Below are positions 1-10,494 of a stretch of DNA of 64,000 nucleotides, in pieces (the stretch's first letter is position 1; each line of letters begins with the position of its first letter). This DNA is from Ferruginibacter sp. (GTDB lineage Bacteria; Bacteroidota; Bacteroidia; Chitinophagales; Chitinophagaceae). Position numbers and translations under genes: made by a program. Under the pieces are notes generated by a model. It was not told where the DNA came from, did not search any database, and saw only the letters and a program-made list of their open reading frames with translations. The DNA lies in contig JAQBNH010000003.1 of assembly GCA_028288705.1 (NCBI GenBank), positions 238,655 through 302,654 of the forward strand, written 5' to 3'.

Positions 1-217
1 TTTTTGTGATCTGCGGTTTAAACTTACCAGGGGTCTCCAGGTAGAGAATATGTTCCACATTCATATTGCGTTCAGGATGGCTTTCATCGCCCGCTTTCAC
101 CATTCCTTTCGGTGATGACAGGTAATAGGCATAGCCTTTCTTAATAACCGTTTGCTGAGCACTTGCAATGGATGTAAAGCTAAAGATGATCGCTAAAAGA
201 GTAATAAATGGTTTCAT
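1..217 (-). CDS. Hypothetical secreted protein, N-terminal part (runs off the left edge)
   Basis: Manual translation from ATG at 217: MKPFITLLAIIFSFTSIASAQQTVIKKGYAYY..., open to position 1; Sec-type signal peptide. Confidence 0.7.
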   Translation of the reverse strand, partial: MKPFITLLAIIFSFTSIASAQQTVIKKGYAYYLSSPKGMVKAGDESHPERNMNVEHILYLETPGKFKPQITK

Positions 218-304
218 GGTTTGTTTTTTATCTAGACTTGCAAACAACATGCTAGTTTGAATACAGCTTGTTAAAATAACTGCAGGACAATATTATAAGC
301 AAAA

Positions 305-332
305 AAAAATCCTCCACGGGGGAGAATTTTTT
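305..332 (-). terminator. Probable intrinsic terminator after the DUF3276 gene
   Basis: Short GC hairpin (TTCTCC...GGAGGA on the minus strand) followed by a T-run. Confidence 0.5.
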
Positions 333-351
333 CTATCCATATTATTTTTAA

Positions 352-816
352 TTACCATTTATCAACTTCTTCGTGACTGCCATTATCTACAGGATCAGGC
401 GCGGTTTCCGGAATGCTGTCTTCTATTAATTTTTCAGCAACAACATCTTCGCTAACGCCAGCCGTTACGGGCTGTTCTGTATGCTCATTGCTCATCTGCT
501 GACCGTTCTCATCGCCTTCATAAGGCGTATCATGATTAAAAGCGTCAAAATCAAAATCAGGCATGAGGTCAGTTTTCACATAGTCCACGGCTTCCGTCAG
601 GCCTTTAATAAATTTGTTGAAATCTTCTTTGTACAAAAAGATTTTGTGGCGATCATACCCGTCAGAATCAAAACGTTTGCGGCTTTCGGTGATCGTCAGA
701 TAAAAATCGCTGCCACGGGTTTCTCTTACATCAAAAAAGTAAGTCCTGCGTTTCCCTGCTTTAATGCGTTTGCTGTAAACGCTTTCCATTTTTTTGTCGT
801 TGTTTTCGTACGCCAC
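352..816 (-). CDS. DUF3276 / PUR-like nucleic-acid-binding protein
   Basis: Motif KRIKAGKRRTYFFDVRET...YLTITESRKR...KIFLYKEDF; GTG start at 816 chosen because the promoter lies inside the longer ORF. Confidence 0.8.
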   Translation of the reverse strand: MAYENNDKKMESVYSKRIKAGKRRTYFFDVRETRGSDFYLTITESRKRFDSDGYDRHKIFLYKEDFNKFIKGLTEAVDYVKTDLMPDFDFDAFNHDTPYEGDENGQQMSNEHTEQPVTAGVSEDVVAEKLIEDSIPETAPDPVDNGSHEEVDKW

Positions 817-861
817 TTTTGTATTTATTAGATTAAAAAAATATACTCGTTTTGAGCGTAA

Positions 862-891
862 CAAAGATATAGTTGTTTTTGACATGACAAA
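862..891 (-). promoter_or_regulatory. Bacteroidota primary-sigma promoter of the DUF3276 gene
   Basis: Minus strand TTTG (888-891), 18 nt, TATCTTTG (862-869); fits TTTG-N~19-TAnnTTTG. Confidence 0.6.
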
Positions 892-921
892 ATATATCAG
901 AAGCTTACCGGGATATATTTG

Positions 922-2751
922 CTAGGCATGCTGACCAGTCTCCTGCTGGCTGCGATACATCTCAGCATAGATGCCATTCTTCGCGAGCAGTTCATCATGG
1001 GTTCCTTGTTCTGCGATTGCGCCATCATCCAGCACAACGATCTTGTCAAACTGAAATAAAGCAAATATGCGATGGGTAATGATTACGGCAGTTTTGTCCT
1101 GCAGGTAATCATACAAACTGCTGATAATCGCATTTTCTGTGCGCGCATCCACGGCACTCAAGCAATCATCAAATATTACGATCCTTGGTTGTTTGATTAA
1201 TGCCCGGGCAATAGAGATACGCTGCTTTTGCCCGCCGCTTAATGTTACACCGCGCTCTCCCACCATCGTATCAAATTTCTCCTCGAAAGCCATGATCTCC
1301 TGATAAATACTTGCCTGTTTTGCCGCGCGATGAACATCCTCGTCTGTGGCCGCAGCGTTACCAAAGCGGATATTATTTCGAATAGAATCACTGAATAAAA
1401 ATACGTCCTGCGGAACATAACTTAGTTGCCCGCGAAGGCTGGAGACGGAAAGCTGCTGTAACGGAATACCGTCGTATGAGAGTGTTCCTTGCTGGGCATC
1501 ATACATGCGCAACATCAACTGGGCGAGCGTAGATTTTCCCGAACCCGTTCTGCCGACTATCGCCACCTTTTCTCCTTTGCTGATCTGCAGGGAAAAATCT
1601 TTTATCGCATGAATCCCTGTATGCGGGTAAATAAAATCTACGTGATCAAAATTGATCTCTCCACTCAGTTCTACCTGTTGTGCTTTTGGCTGATCACGGA
1701 TCACCGGCGCTGTCAACAGGAATTCGTTTATGCGCCGCTGTGAGGCCACTGCGCGCTGTGTCATGCTGGCCGTCCAGCCGATCGCACTTACCGGAAAGGT
1801 CAGCATCTGAATATACATTACGAATTCTGCGATTTTACCAACAGACGCGCCCGGCGCGCCATTCACCACATCAAGGCCGCCCACCATTATCGTGATCAAT
1901 GTGCTTAATCCGATTAGCAATGCCATGCTTGGAAAATAAATCGCTTCAGTTTTTGCCAGGCTGAGGGCATTGCTGCGGTAAGCTTCACTATTGGTCTTAA
2001 AAAAGCCGAACATGGCTTTTTCCTGCACAAAAGATTTAATCACCCGAATGCCTGAGTACGATTCCTGGGCATTGGTGGTAAGGTCACTCAAAAGCGATTG
2101 AATCTTTTCACTCTTCCTGTTAATGATCGTATTCACGAAATAAATGGTCAATGCCAACACGGGCAACGGGCAAAGCGACACGATGGTGAGTTTTACATCG
2201 GAGCGGAGCATAAAAAAAATGCTGAAGCCAATGACTGCCGCCAGGTTAATAAAATACATGATGGCTGGTCCGGTATACATGCGCACACGGCTGACATCTT
2301 CGGAAATACGGTTCATCAGATCGCCGGTACTGTGTGTTTTGTAAAAAGTGGTATCCAGCTGCTGGTAATGTCCGTAAATTTCATTCTTCTGATCAAACTC
2401 GATATGACGGCTCATGACGATGATCGTTTGCCGCATCAGGAACATGAAAAAACCACTGATCAAAGCCAGAACGAGTAGAATAATGCCGGTGAATAAAATT
2501 TTCTCTTTAAATGGTTTTGCCTGGAACCAGTGAATGACTTTACTCACCAGGACATCGTAGGTATGAGTAGTGGCAGGTGACTGAATATTGCCGGGCTGTT
2601 TGATACTTTCAACAACAGTATTCACGACATAACCCGTGAGCTGCGGGGAAAGGATACGAAAATAATTCGTAAGCACGACGAATAAAATCCCTAAAATAAA
2701 CAGCCATTTATAGCGCCAGAAATATTTGTTAAGCGTAGAAAGTTGCGTCAT
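922..2751 (-). CDS. ABC exporter, fused permease/ATPase (MdlA/MsbA-like)
   Basis: N-terminal TM helices, Walker A GRTGSGKST, signature LSGGQKQR, Walker B IVIFDD. Confidence 0.9.
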   Translation of the reverse strand: MTQLSTLNKYFWRYKWLFILGILFVVLTNYFRILSPQLTGYVVNTVVESIKQPGNIQSPATTHTYDVLVSKVIHWFQAKPFKEKILFTGIILLVLALISGFFMFLMRQTIIVMSRHIEFDQKNEIYGHYQQLDTTFYKTHSTGDLMNRISEDVSRVRMYTGPAIMYFINLAAVIGFSIFFMLRSDVKLTIVSLCPLPVLALTIYFVNTIINRKSEKIQSLLSDLTTNAQESYSGIRVIKSFVQEKAMFGFFKTNSEAYRSNALSLAKTEAIYFPSMALLIGLSTLITIMVGGLDVVNGAPGASVGKIAEFVMYIQMLTFPVSAIGWTASMTQRAVASQRRINEFLLTAPVIRDQPKAQQVELSGEINFDHVDFIYPHTGIHAIKDFSLQISKGEKVAIVGRTGSGKSTLAQLMLRMYDAQQGTLSYDGIPLQQLSVSSLRGQLSYVPQDVFLFSDSIRNNIRFGNAAATDEDVHRAAKQASIYQEIMAFEEKFDTMVGERGVTLSGGQKQRISIARALIKQPRIVIFDDCLSAVDARTENAIISSLYDYLQDKTAVIITHRIFALFQFDKIVVLDDGAIAEQGTHDELLAKNGIYAEMYRSQQETGQHA

Positions 2752-2756
2752 CCCTG

Positions 2757-2764
2757 CAAAAATA
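2757..2764 (-). promoter_or_regulatory. -7 promoter box 5 nt before the ABC exporter ATG
   Basis: TATTTTTG on the minus strand matches TAnnTTTG. Confidence 0.55.
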
Positions 2765-2817
2765 CAGTTTTGAGGATTGACTTATGACCGGATTGTTTCA
2801 GCGGTATCTTAAAAAGA

Positions 2818-2844
2818 AATCCCGGCGAAAAATTTGCCGGGATT
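2818..2844 (-). terminator. Terminator closing the pectin/uronate operon
   Basis: Inverted repeat AATCCCGGC/GCCGGGATT 11 nt after the exuT stop, followed by TCTTTTT on the minus strand. Confidence 0.75.
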
Positions 2845-2855
2845 GTCATAAATAG

Positions 2856-4154
2856 TTACGCTTCTATTCGTCGCATTTTCGGAACAAGGAAATGCATGAT
2901 GAGCCAGCCAAGTAAATAAGCGCCGGCACAAATTGCAAACATGATATAATATGCCGTCTCGATATGGCCGGTACTCCTGTAATACACGAACATATTTTTC
3001 TGCACAAATAAAGACAAGGCAATACCGCCAAAGCCGCCAAACATTCCACCAAGGCCAGTTACAGACGCTGTGCTGCTTTTCGGAAACATATCACTCACCG
3101 TGGTGAAAATATTGGCACTCCAGGCCTGGTGCGCTGCTGCTGCAATACCGATCACCAGCACCGCAAGCCACATATTGATCTGACCAAGTACAAGTGCGAA
3201 AAATATAGGCAACACGAAAAAGGCGTAAATAAGCATGGAGGTCTTTCTTGCTTTAAACACAGGCCAGCCTTTTTTGATCAGGTTCATTGGGAGCCAGCCT
3301 CCGCCAACACTGCCTAAAGTAGAGATGATATAAACGGTCGCCACCGGCCAGCTCGCAGCCTGTAACTTAATGTGGTAAACACTTTCAAAGAAATCAGGAA
3401 GCCAGAAAAGATAAAACCACCAGATAGGATCTGTGAGGAATTTTCCAATGACATAGGCCCAGGTTTGCTTGTAGCTTAATAATTTACCCCAGGAAAGTTT
3501 CGGCGTTTCGGTGAGCTCCTGCACTTCATCCACATCACTGTTGATATATGCTAATTCACCTGCTGAAAGTTTTTTATGTTTTAGCGGCGTCTCGTAAAAT
3601 ATCATCCAAAATACCAACCAGATAATTCCTAAAACACCTGTGCTGATAAAAGTAGATTGCCAGCTCCATCCGGCAGTCAGCATCATGGGAATCAGGATCG
3701 GGGTTACAATCGCGCCGATATTCGCTCCGGAATTAAAAATCCCTGTTGCCAATGCGCGCTCTTTTTTAGGAAACCATTCCGCAACAGTTTTAATGGCTGC
3801 CGGAAAGTTGCCCGCTTCTGTCAATCCGAGGGCACCGCGAATGATCTGGAATCCAAGCACCGTATTTACCATCGCCGTACAAATCCCTGCGAGACTCCAT
3901 AAAAAAGTATATAAGCCATAACCAATTTTTGTCCCAAGCTTATCTATAATCCGCCCGGCACCGAGCATACCCAACGCATAAAATATTTTGAAAGTGATCT
4001 CCACGTTGGCATAGTCGCCATCCGTCCAGCCCAGGGTTTCGGTAAACGTAGATTTTAAATAACTGATCACATTGCGATCAATATAATTAATTGTTGTAGC
4101 GAAAAAAATCAATCCGCAAATCGTCCACCGGTATTTACCCATTTTCTCATTCAT
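2856..4154 (-). CDS. exuT: Hexuronate MFS transporter
   Basis: RWTICGLIFFATTINYIDR, EAGNFPAAIKTVAEWFPKKERALATGIFNSG, KFLTDPIWWFYLFWLP; uronate gene context. Confidence 0.88.
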   Translation of the reverse strand: MNEKMGKYRWTICGLIFFATTINYIDRNVISYLKSTFTETLGWTDGDYANVEITFKIFYALGMLGAGRIIDKLGTKIGYGLYTFLWSLAGICTAMVNTVLGFQIIRGALGLTEAGNFPAAIKTVAEWFPKKERALATGIFNSGANIGAIVTPILIPMMLTAGWSWQSTFISTGVLGIIWLVFWMIFYETPLKHKKLSAGELAYINSDVDEVQELTETPKLSWGKLLSYKQTWAYVIGKFLTDPIWWFYLFWLPDFFESVYHIKLQAASWPVATVYIISTLGSVGGGWLPMNLIKKGWPVFKARKTSMLIYAFFVLPIFFALVLGQINMWLAVLVIGIAAAAHQAWSANIFTTVSDMFPKSSTASVTGLGGMFGGFGGIALSLFVQKNMFVYYRSTGHIETAYYIMFAICAGAYLLGWLIMHFLVPKMRRIEA

Positions 4155-4158
4155 GGCA

Positions 4159-4830
4159 TTAGTTTTTGGCCGCAGACTTTATGTTTTTAATAATGTCCAG
4201 TACCGATTTAGTATTTGACTGAATGCCTGCGAAATTTTTTGTCGTTAAATGATCTGCGCTGATCAATTTGCTTCCCATTCCTACGGCGCAAACACCCGAA
4301 CCGAACCACTCAGTAAGGTTTTTTTCTGATGTTTCAACTCCACCGGTTGGCATAAACTGCATTTCAGGAAACAGGTCTTTCACCGCTTGCACGAACGAAG
4401 GGCCCAGAACATTTCCGGGGAACAGTTTCACAAGTGTCACGCCGAGATCTTCAGCTTTCAGGATTTCCGTCGGCGTCATACAACCCGGTATCCACAAGGT
4501 TTTGTTGCTATACGCCACGTCATAAACATCTTCTGCCAAAGCCGGACTGATTAAAAAATCTGCACCTGCATCGATGAATTTATTCGCCGCCGTTTCATTT
4601 TTTATCGTGCCAACGCCAAGATACAATCCATCCAATCCGGACGATGCCTGTTTCATTTGTTTAAAATTCTCCAGCGCTTCTTTTCCCCGGTTGGTATATT
4701 CAATCAACCGCACCCCAGCCTGATATAAAGTATGCATCAGATCGATACTTAACCGGGCATCTGCATGAAAATAAAGCGGCATCAGTCCCTGTTCCACCAC
4801 TGTTGCTATGATCGAATCTCTCTTATCCAT
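4159..4830 (-). CDS. eda: KDPG/KHG aldolase
   Basis: IEYTNRG, GVGT, PGCMTPTEI, VKLFPG, FMPTGGV; start moved to MDKRD (4830), overlapping the kdgK stop. Confidence 0.9.
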   Translation of the reverse strand: MDKRDSIIATVVEQGLMPLYFHADARLSIDLMHTLYQAGVRLIEYTNRGKEALENFKQMKQASSGLDGLYLGVGTIKNETAANKFIDAGADFLISPALAEDVYDVAYSNKTLWIPGCMTPTEILKAEDLGVTLVKLFPGNVLGPSFVQAVKDLFPEMQFMPTGGVETSEKNLTEWFGSGVCAVGMGSKLISADHLTTKNFAGIQSNTKSVLDIIKNIKSAAKN

Positions 4831-5866
4831 TATTGTAAATAGTTTGTGTGATATGCTCAATCGTACTTGTTGTTGCATCGCCGGTTTGCTGCAGTTTGTC
4901 AAATGCCGCGGCAGCAGCGAATTCTATAACGTCTTTATCAGGCAAATTATTCGTGAGGCCATAAATTAAGCCGCCCATAAAACAATCGCCACTGCCGATC
5001 TTGTCCACGATAGATCTTGTGGCATATTCCGAAGACATCACGGTGGCGGTGCGGGATGAAAGTCCGGCATAGTAACGAATGCCGAGTCCTTCGTCGAACC
5101 GAAACGTGTTCGCAATATGCGTGCATGCAGGGTAAGTAGCAAATACCTCCGCTACGGAACGATCAGCCTGTAATAAATAATCTGCTTTTTTAGATAAAAA
5201 AGTATCAAAATCCGGATCATGTTTTATATCCAGTAATTTTTCCAGCGCCCAGATGTTTCCCATGATCACCTGGCAATATTTAACCAGTTCCGGCATTACT
5301 TCGTGCGGCTGCTTTCCATACTGCCAAAGCTTTGCGCGATAATTCAGGTCAACAGAGATGGTTATATTTTTTGCCGAGGCCGCCTGTAAACCTTCGAGGC
5401 AAACCGCCGCCGCATTTTCATTGAGAGCAGGACTGATCGCACTAAAATGCAACCAGCTCACATCCTGTAAAATTTCATCCCAGTCTAAATCGCCGGGTTT
5501 CAATTGGGAGAAGGACGAGTAGTTTCTGTCATAAATTACCGCATTGTTCTTGAGGTCTTTGCCCTGCGGCAGATAATAGGAACCGATCCTTTCACCGGAA
5601 AAATAAATAGAGGAAGTGTCGATATTCTTTTGCCCGATATGATCAATAATTTCTTCAGCCAGGTAATTTTCCGGGAGCGCCGTACAATATTTTACAGGAA
5701 TATGCCAAAGTGCGAGCGCTGTTGCGACATTTAATTCTGCACCCCCAATAAAGACGGGCATTGAGTTATCAGCGATGAAGCCGCCATCCAATTTTGGGGA
5801 GAAACGCAATAACATTTCACCGAAGCAACAGATCTTTTTACCCGCTGCCAAATTGTTATCCTGCAT
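4823..5866 (-). CDS. kdgK: 2-keto-3-deoxygluconate kinase (PfkB family)
   Basis: FGEMLLR, GGAELNVA, SVDLNYRAKLW, DKIGSGDCF. Confidence 0.9.
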   Translation of the reverse strand: MQDNNLAAGKKICCFGEMLLRFSPKLDGGFIADNSMPVFIGGAELNVATALALWHIPVKYCTALPENYLAEEIIDHIGQKNIDTSSIYFSGERIGSYYLPQGKDLKNNAVIYDRNYSSFSQLKPGDLDWDEILQDVSWLHFSAISPALNENAAAVCLEGLQAASAKNITISVDLNYRAKLWQYGKQPHEVMPELVKYCQVIMGNIWALEKLLDIKHDPDFDTFLSKKADYLLQADRSVAEVFATYPACTHIANTFRFDEGLGIRYYAGLSSRTATVMSSEYATRSIVDKIGSGDCFMGGLIYGLTNNLPDKDVIEFAAAAAFDKLQQTGDATTSTIEHITQTIYNNG

Positions 5867-5880
5867 GTGTTCAATAATAT

Positions 5881-7281
5881 TTACCAGCTAAAATATTCTT
5901 TAGCATTGTTGAAACAAATATCCTGAATTATTTTTCCCGTCCAGCTGACGTCATTCGGTAATTCCCCATTTTCAATTTCTCCTCCGAAGAGATTACATAA
6001 CAGCCGGCGGAAATATTCATGACGGGGGTAAGATAAGAAACTCCTGGAATCTGTGAGCATGCCAACGAATTTGCTCAACAAGCCCATGTTAGATAATGCA
6101 TTGATTTGTTTTGTCATGCCGTCTTTCTGATCAAGGAACCACCATGCCGACCCCCACTGGATCTTACCTGCAACCGATCCGTCATTGAAATTACCAATCA
6201 TCGTCGCCATTAATTCATTGTCAGCCGGATTTAAATTATAAATTATTGTTTTCGTTAATTTATTTTCTTTGTCGAGTTTATTCAAAAATTTTGCGAGTGC
6301 TTTTCCCTGGGAGAAATCACCTATCGAGTCCCAACCAGTGTCTGCACCAAGTTTGCCCGACATCCTTGAATTATTGTTGCGAATTGCCCCAAGATGATAT
6401 TGCTGCACCCAGCCCCTTTCGTGGTCCCATTGCGCAAATTGTTCCAACATTGCTGAACGAAACATCAACTTTTCTTCATGATGAATATTTTTTCCATCGC
6501 GTAGTTTTTCAAAAATCTGTTTCACTTTTTTCTCTGTGTAATCTTCCGCATAAACTTGCTCCAGGCCGTGATCAGAAACAGAACACCCGTTTTCCGCAAA
6601 AAAATCGTGGCGGCTTTTTAGCGCTTTAATATAACTTTTGTAGTCATCAATACCACGGTCTGCAGTTTTTTCTAATAGATTGACATAATTATTAAATGCA
6701 TCTGTATTGTCAGGATTCATTGCAGCGTCCGGCCGAAATGCAGGCAGGATCGGGATTTCAAAACCGTCGGTTTTTATCTGCTGATGAAATTCCAGGTTGT
6801 CTGTGGGGTCATCTGTAGTACAAACGGTATGCACTTTCATTTTACGCAACAGGTTACGAACAGAGTAATCGGCGGTACGCAATTTCTCTGAGCAGGCATC
6901 ATAGATCCTTTCTGCGGATTCTGCATTTAATATTTCGTGGATGCCGAAATAACGTTGTAATTCCAGGTGCGTCCAGTGATATAATGGATTACGTAAAGTG
7001 TAAGGCACTGTTGCCGCCCATTGAATAAATTTTTCTTTATCGCTTTTATCACCGGTGATATAGGATTCATCAATCCCGTTTGCACGCATGGCCCGCCATT
7101 TATAATGATCGCCATATAACCAGATCTGCGTTAAATTCTCAAATTTAGTATCGGCTGCAATATGCGCGGGTGGCAGGTGACAGTGATAATCGATCACCGG
7201 CATATCTTTCGCGTAGTCGTGGTATAACGTCTCTGCTGTTTTATTTGTCAGCAAAAAGTTTTCATCTAAGAATGCTTTCAT
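5881..7281 (-). CDS. uxaC: Uronate isomerase
   Basis: IDYHCHL, GDHYKWRAMRANG, GNPLY-like RNPLYHWTHLEL, AWWFLD, GMLTDSRSFLSYPRHEYFRR; start MKAFLDENF. Confidence 0.95.
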   Translation of the reverse strand: MKAFLDENFLLTNKTAETLYHDYAKDMPVIDYHCHLPPAHIAADTKFENLTQIWLYGDHYKWRAMRANGIDESYITGDKSDKEKFIQWAATVPYTLRNPLYHWTHLELQRYFGIHEILNAESAERIYDACSEKLRTADYSVRNLLRKMKVHTVCTTDDPTDNLEFHQQIKTDGFEIPILPAFRPDAAMNPDNTDAFNNYVNLLEKTADRGIDDYKSYIKALKSRHDFFAENGCSVSDHGLEQVYAEDYTEKKVKQIFEKLRDGKNIHHEEKLMFRSAMLEQFAQWDHERGWVQQYHLGAIRNNNSRMSGKLGADTGWDSIGDFSQGKALAKFLNKLDKENKLTKTIIYNLNPADNELMATMIGNFNDGSVAGKIQWGSAWWFLDQKDGMTKQINALSNMGLLSKFVGMLTDSRSFLSYPRHEYFRRLLCNLFGGEIENGELPNDVSWTGKIIQDICFNNAKEYFSW

Positions 7282-7319
7282 ATTAATATTTATGTGGGCT
7301 CTGCAACTGTTGTCATTTT

Positions 7320-8957
7320 CTATAAGGATACTCCGCGCTTCCACGGAATAAAGTCGTCCTGGTTGAGTTGCACTGCTTTAGGTATGATCTCACCGCTGGC
7401 CGCACGAATACAATATTCCAGGATTTCTTCCCCCATTTGTTCAATTGTTTTTTCACCTTCGATGATCGGTCCGGTATCGATATCGATAATGTCGCTCATC
7501 CGCTTTGCGAGCTTTGAATTTGTCGCCACTTTGATCGTAGGACAAACTGGATTACCCGTTGGTGTTCCTAATCCGGTAGTGAATAATATTAATGTTGCGC
7601 CGGATGCGGCCTTCCCGGTCGTCGCTTCTACGTCATTACCTGGCGTACAAACGAGGCTCAGACCAGGTTTTGTAGCGCGTTCTGTATAATCGAGGACATC
7701 CACTACCGGCGATGTTCCTCCTTTTTTTGCTGCACCCGCACTCTTAATGGCGTCCGTTATCAGACCATCTTTTATATTTCCGGGAGAAGGATTCATACTA
7801 AAACTTGAACCCGCCTGGGTAACCGTTTCTTCATAACGATGCATCAGGTGAATAAACTTTTCCGCGTTTGCCTCGTCTGCTGTACGATCAATCAGGTTTT
7901 GTTCTACTCCACATAGTTCAGGAAATTCTGCCAGTAAAACTTTTCCGCCAAGAGCGACCAAAAGATCCGCCGTATAGCCTACGGCAGGATTTGCCGAAAT
8001 TCCGCTGAAACCATCGCTACCACCGCATTTTACCCCGAGGCATAGTTTATCCAGCGTGGCCGGCTGACGAGTGATTTTGTTCGCTTCAATCAGGCCGATA
8101 AAGGTTTTTTTAATGGCTTCGCTGATAAGTTGTTCTTCACTCTGCGACAGTTGCTGCTCGAAAATATGCAATGGTTTATTGAACGATGCATTTTGAATTT
8201 TGAGGTCATTCAGGAAATCCTGCACCTGCAAATTCTGACAACCCAGGCTTAAAACTGTTACACCTGCCACATTTGGATGATCTGCATACGCCGCTAATAA
8301 TTTACCCAATATTGCTGCATCCTGCCTGATGCCCCCGCAGCCGCCCTGGTGATTCAGGAACTTAATTCCATCAATATTTTCGAACACACGCTGCTGCCGG
8401 TTAGGCATAGCCGATAATTCTAAAGTGTCTATATTTTCCTGGTTTGCATAAGCTGTTGCCAGCTCCTGAACATAATTTATATATTTTCCCGTCACCGCGT
8501 AACCAAGCTGATTGTGCATCGCTTCGCGGATCACATCAAGGTTGCGATTTTCACAAAATACAGTTGGAATAAAAAGCCAGTAATTGGCAGTGCCTACCCT
8601 TCCGTCACCACGATGGTAGCCATTAAATGTACGACCGGTAAATTTTGACACGTCAGGTGCTGTCCATTCAAAATGAGCAGCCCGGTAACTGTATGGACTC
8701 GATGCGTGTTTAACGTTTTCTATCGACATCCGCTGACCTGCAGCCACATCGTATTGGGCTTTTCCAACCAGTACGCCATACATGATGATCGATTCTCCTG
8801 CTTTAAAATCTCTTGGAAAAAACTTATGCTTTGCAGGAATATTTTCCAGCAACAACAGGCCATGTCCATCCAACTGCACAGTGTAGCCTTTTGGCAGATC
8901 CTGTAAAGCAACGAGTACGTTATCAGCGGGATGAATTTTAAGAATGCTATTTTTCAT
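7320..8957 (-). CDS. uxaA: Altronate dehydratase (SAF + UxaA domains)
   Basis: DNVLVAL/HKF N-terminal SAF domain, GLKCGGSD-type GVKCGGSDGFSGISANPAVG, NPSPGNIKDGL, LFTTGLGTPTG. Confidence 0.92.
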   Translation of the reverse strand: MKNSILKIHPADNVLVALQDLPKGYTVQLDGHGLLLLENIPAKHKFFPRDFKAGESIIMYGVLVGKAQYDVAAGQRMSIENVKHASSPYSYRAAHFEWTAPDVSKFTGRTFNGYHRGDGRVGTANYWLFIPTVFCENRNLDVIREAMHNQLGYAVTGKYINYVQELATAYANQENIDTLELSAMPNRQQRVFENIDGIKFLNHQGGCGGIRQDAAILGKLLAAYADHPNVAGVTVLSLGCQNLQVQDFLNDLKIQNASFNKPLHIFEQQLSQSEEQLISEAIKKTFIGLIEANKITRQPATLDKLCLGVKCGGSDGFSGISANPAVGYTADLLVALGGKVLLAEFPELCGVEQNLIDRTADEANAEKFIHLMHRYEETVTQAGSSFSMNPSPGNIKDGLITDAIKSAGAAKKGGTSPVVDVLDYTERATKPGLSLVCTPGNDVEATTGKAASGATLILFTTGLGTPTGNPVCPTIKVATNSKLAKRMSDIIDIDTGPIIEGEKTIEQMGEEILEYCIRAASGEIIPKAVQLNQDDFIPWKRGVSL

Positions 8958-10494
8958 TCACAGGTTCATTTATTTGTTCCACCGCATACTTTAAAACATT
9001 GGCCGCCGGTTGTTCAGTCAGCAACTGTAACCAGGAAATGACGTCTTCGGAGAAGCCATGAAGCTGGTCAAGATCTGTTCCCCACAGGCTTTCATTTGAG
9101 AGGATTCTTTTTACGATAGCGGAAATATCATGTTGCTGCCATACATTGGCATACAGCGCAGCGTGATCGTCATTGATAAGATATTCTTTCCCGTTCCTTT
9201 GGCCATAAAATTTTCCATCTGTTTTTTCAGTGCCCTTCATGAAGAGAATATGTGCTGCAAAGCCAAGGCTCATAGCGGTTGCAGGCCGCGAAAATCTTGC
9301 GTCATAATCGCAGATGATCTTAATGTTGCGCAGCGCCATCTTCGACGAATACTGTGTTGTAATGCTTAACCATTTGTGTTCGATATTTTGATTGCGGTAA
9401 CGGTCAATCACGGCATTAGCAAAATTATTAGCCTCTTCTTCGGTGACCTGATCGTTTACCATTGCCGGAATGATTTCCTGTTGCATCAGCCGTTGGATAA
9501 ATGTACTGAAATCAAGATCATCCATCGCCTCCCTTACTGTTTCAAAACCTGCAAGGAATGCAAGGCCGCAACTAAACGTATGCGATCCGTTAAGTAAGCG
9601 CAATTTTAGTTCGCGAAACTTCCCGATTGACGGAGCAATGATAATCCCACGCTCGTCTTTTACGAAAGAAAGAATTTCCGCTACACGCGGATGGTTGGCC
9701 TGGATCGCCCAAAGGGCATAGGATTCACTCATGATCATTAATTCGTCTTTGTAACCAAGCGTAGCCTCGATCTGAGCTTGTTGCTGGTCATTCATCTTAC
9801 CCGGAACGATGCGGTCTACCAATGAGTTACAAAAATAATTTGCGTTCTCAAGCCAGTCCAGGAAACTAATTTCCAGGCCATGCTGATGAGCCAGTTCCAA
9901 TGTGATAGCAAGCAGTTTATCGCCGTTGTCAGGTACCAGTTCAGTCGGAATAATGACCATGCCTTTAGCAGGATCAGCGTGAAAGAATTTAAAACGATGG
10001 TATAAGAACGAAAGCAATTTGCCCGGAAATGAAGCAGGGGGATTCGCATGAATATTATCTTTCACCAGCGCAATGCCTACTTCGGTTGTGTTGGAAATCA
10101 CCACCTGCATGTCGGGGTTAGACGCAGCCAGCAAAATCTCTTCCCAGTCATTGGCTGCAGAAAGTACTCTGCTAACAGCAGACACGACATGATTTTCAGA
10201 AACCGCTTTACCATTGTCTATTCCACGTACGCAGACTGTATATAAACCATCCTGGTTACCAAAAGCATCCGTGCCGCCCTGGTTTGTGGATTTCACGACA
10301 AGAATTCTTCCATTGAAGATGCCTTTATTATTAGCCTTATCAATAAAAAAATCCGGAAGCCCGCGGAGCAATACGCCGGTACCAAATTGCAGGACTTTTT
10401 CCGGCAGATTAAATATATCCTCACCGGGAACGGTCAATGATGCCGAAGCTGCAAGCCCTGATAAATTTTTTCTGGATAAATTCATTGCATTCAT
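8947..10494 (-). CDS. uxaB: Tagaturonate reductase (altronate oxidoreductase)
   Basis: LQFGTGVLLRG, SNTTEVGI, SFPGKL, NSLVDRIVPG, KLRLLNGSHT; start 10494 forms an ATGA overlap with the upstream CE8 stop. Confidence 0.92.
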   Translation of the reverse strand: MNAMNLSRKNLSGLAASASLTVPGEDIFNLPEKVLQFGTGVLLRGLPDFFIDKANNKGIFNGRILVVKSTNQGGTDAFGNQDGLYTVCVRGIDNGKAVSENHVVSAVSRVLSAANDWEEILLAASNPDMQVVISNTTEVGIALVKDNIHANPPASFPGKLLSFLYHRFKFFHADPAKGMVIIPTELVPDNGDKLLAITLELAHQHGLEISFLDWLENANYFCNSLVDRIVPGKMNDQQQAQIEATLGYKDELMIMSESYALWAIQANHPRVAEILSFVKDERGIIIAPSIGKFRELKLRLLNGSHTFSCGLAFLAGFETVREAMDDLDFSTFIQRLMQQEIIPAMVNDQVTEEEANNFANAVIDRYRNQNIEHKWLSITTQYSSKMALRNIKIICDYDARFSRPATAMSLGFAAHILFMKGTEKTDGKFYGQRNGKEYLINDDHAALYANVWQQHDISAIVKRILSNESLWGTDLDQLHGFSEDVISWLQLLTEQPAANVLKYAVEQINEPVNEK

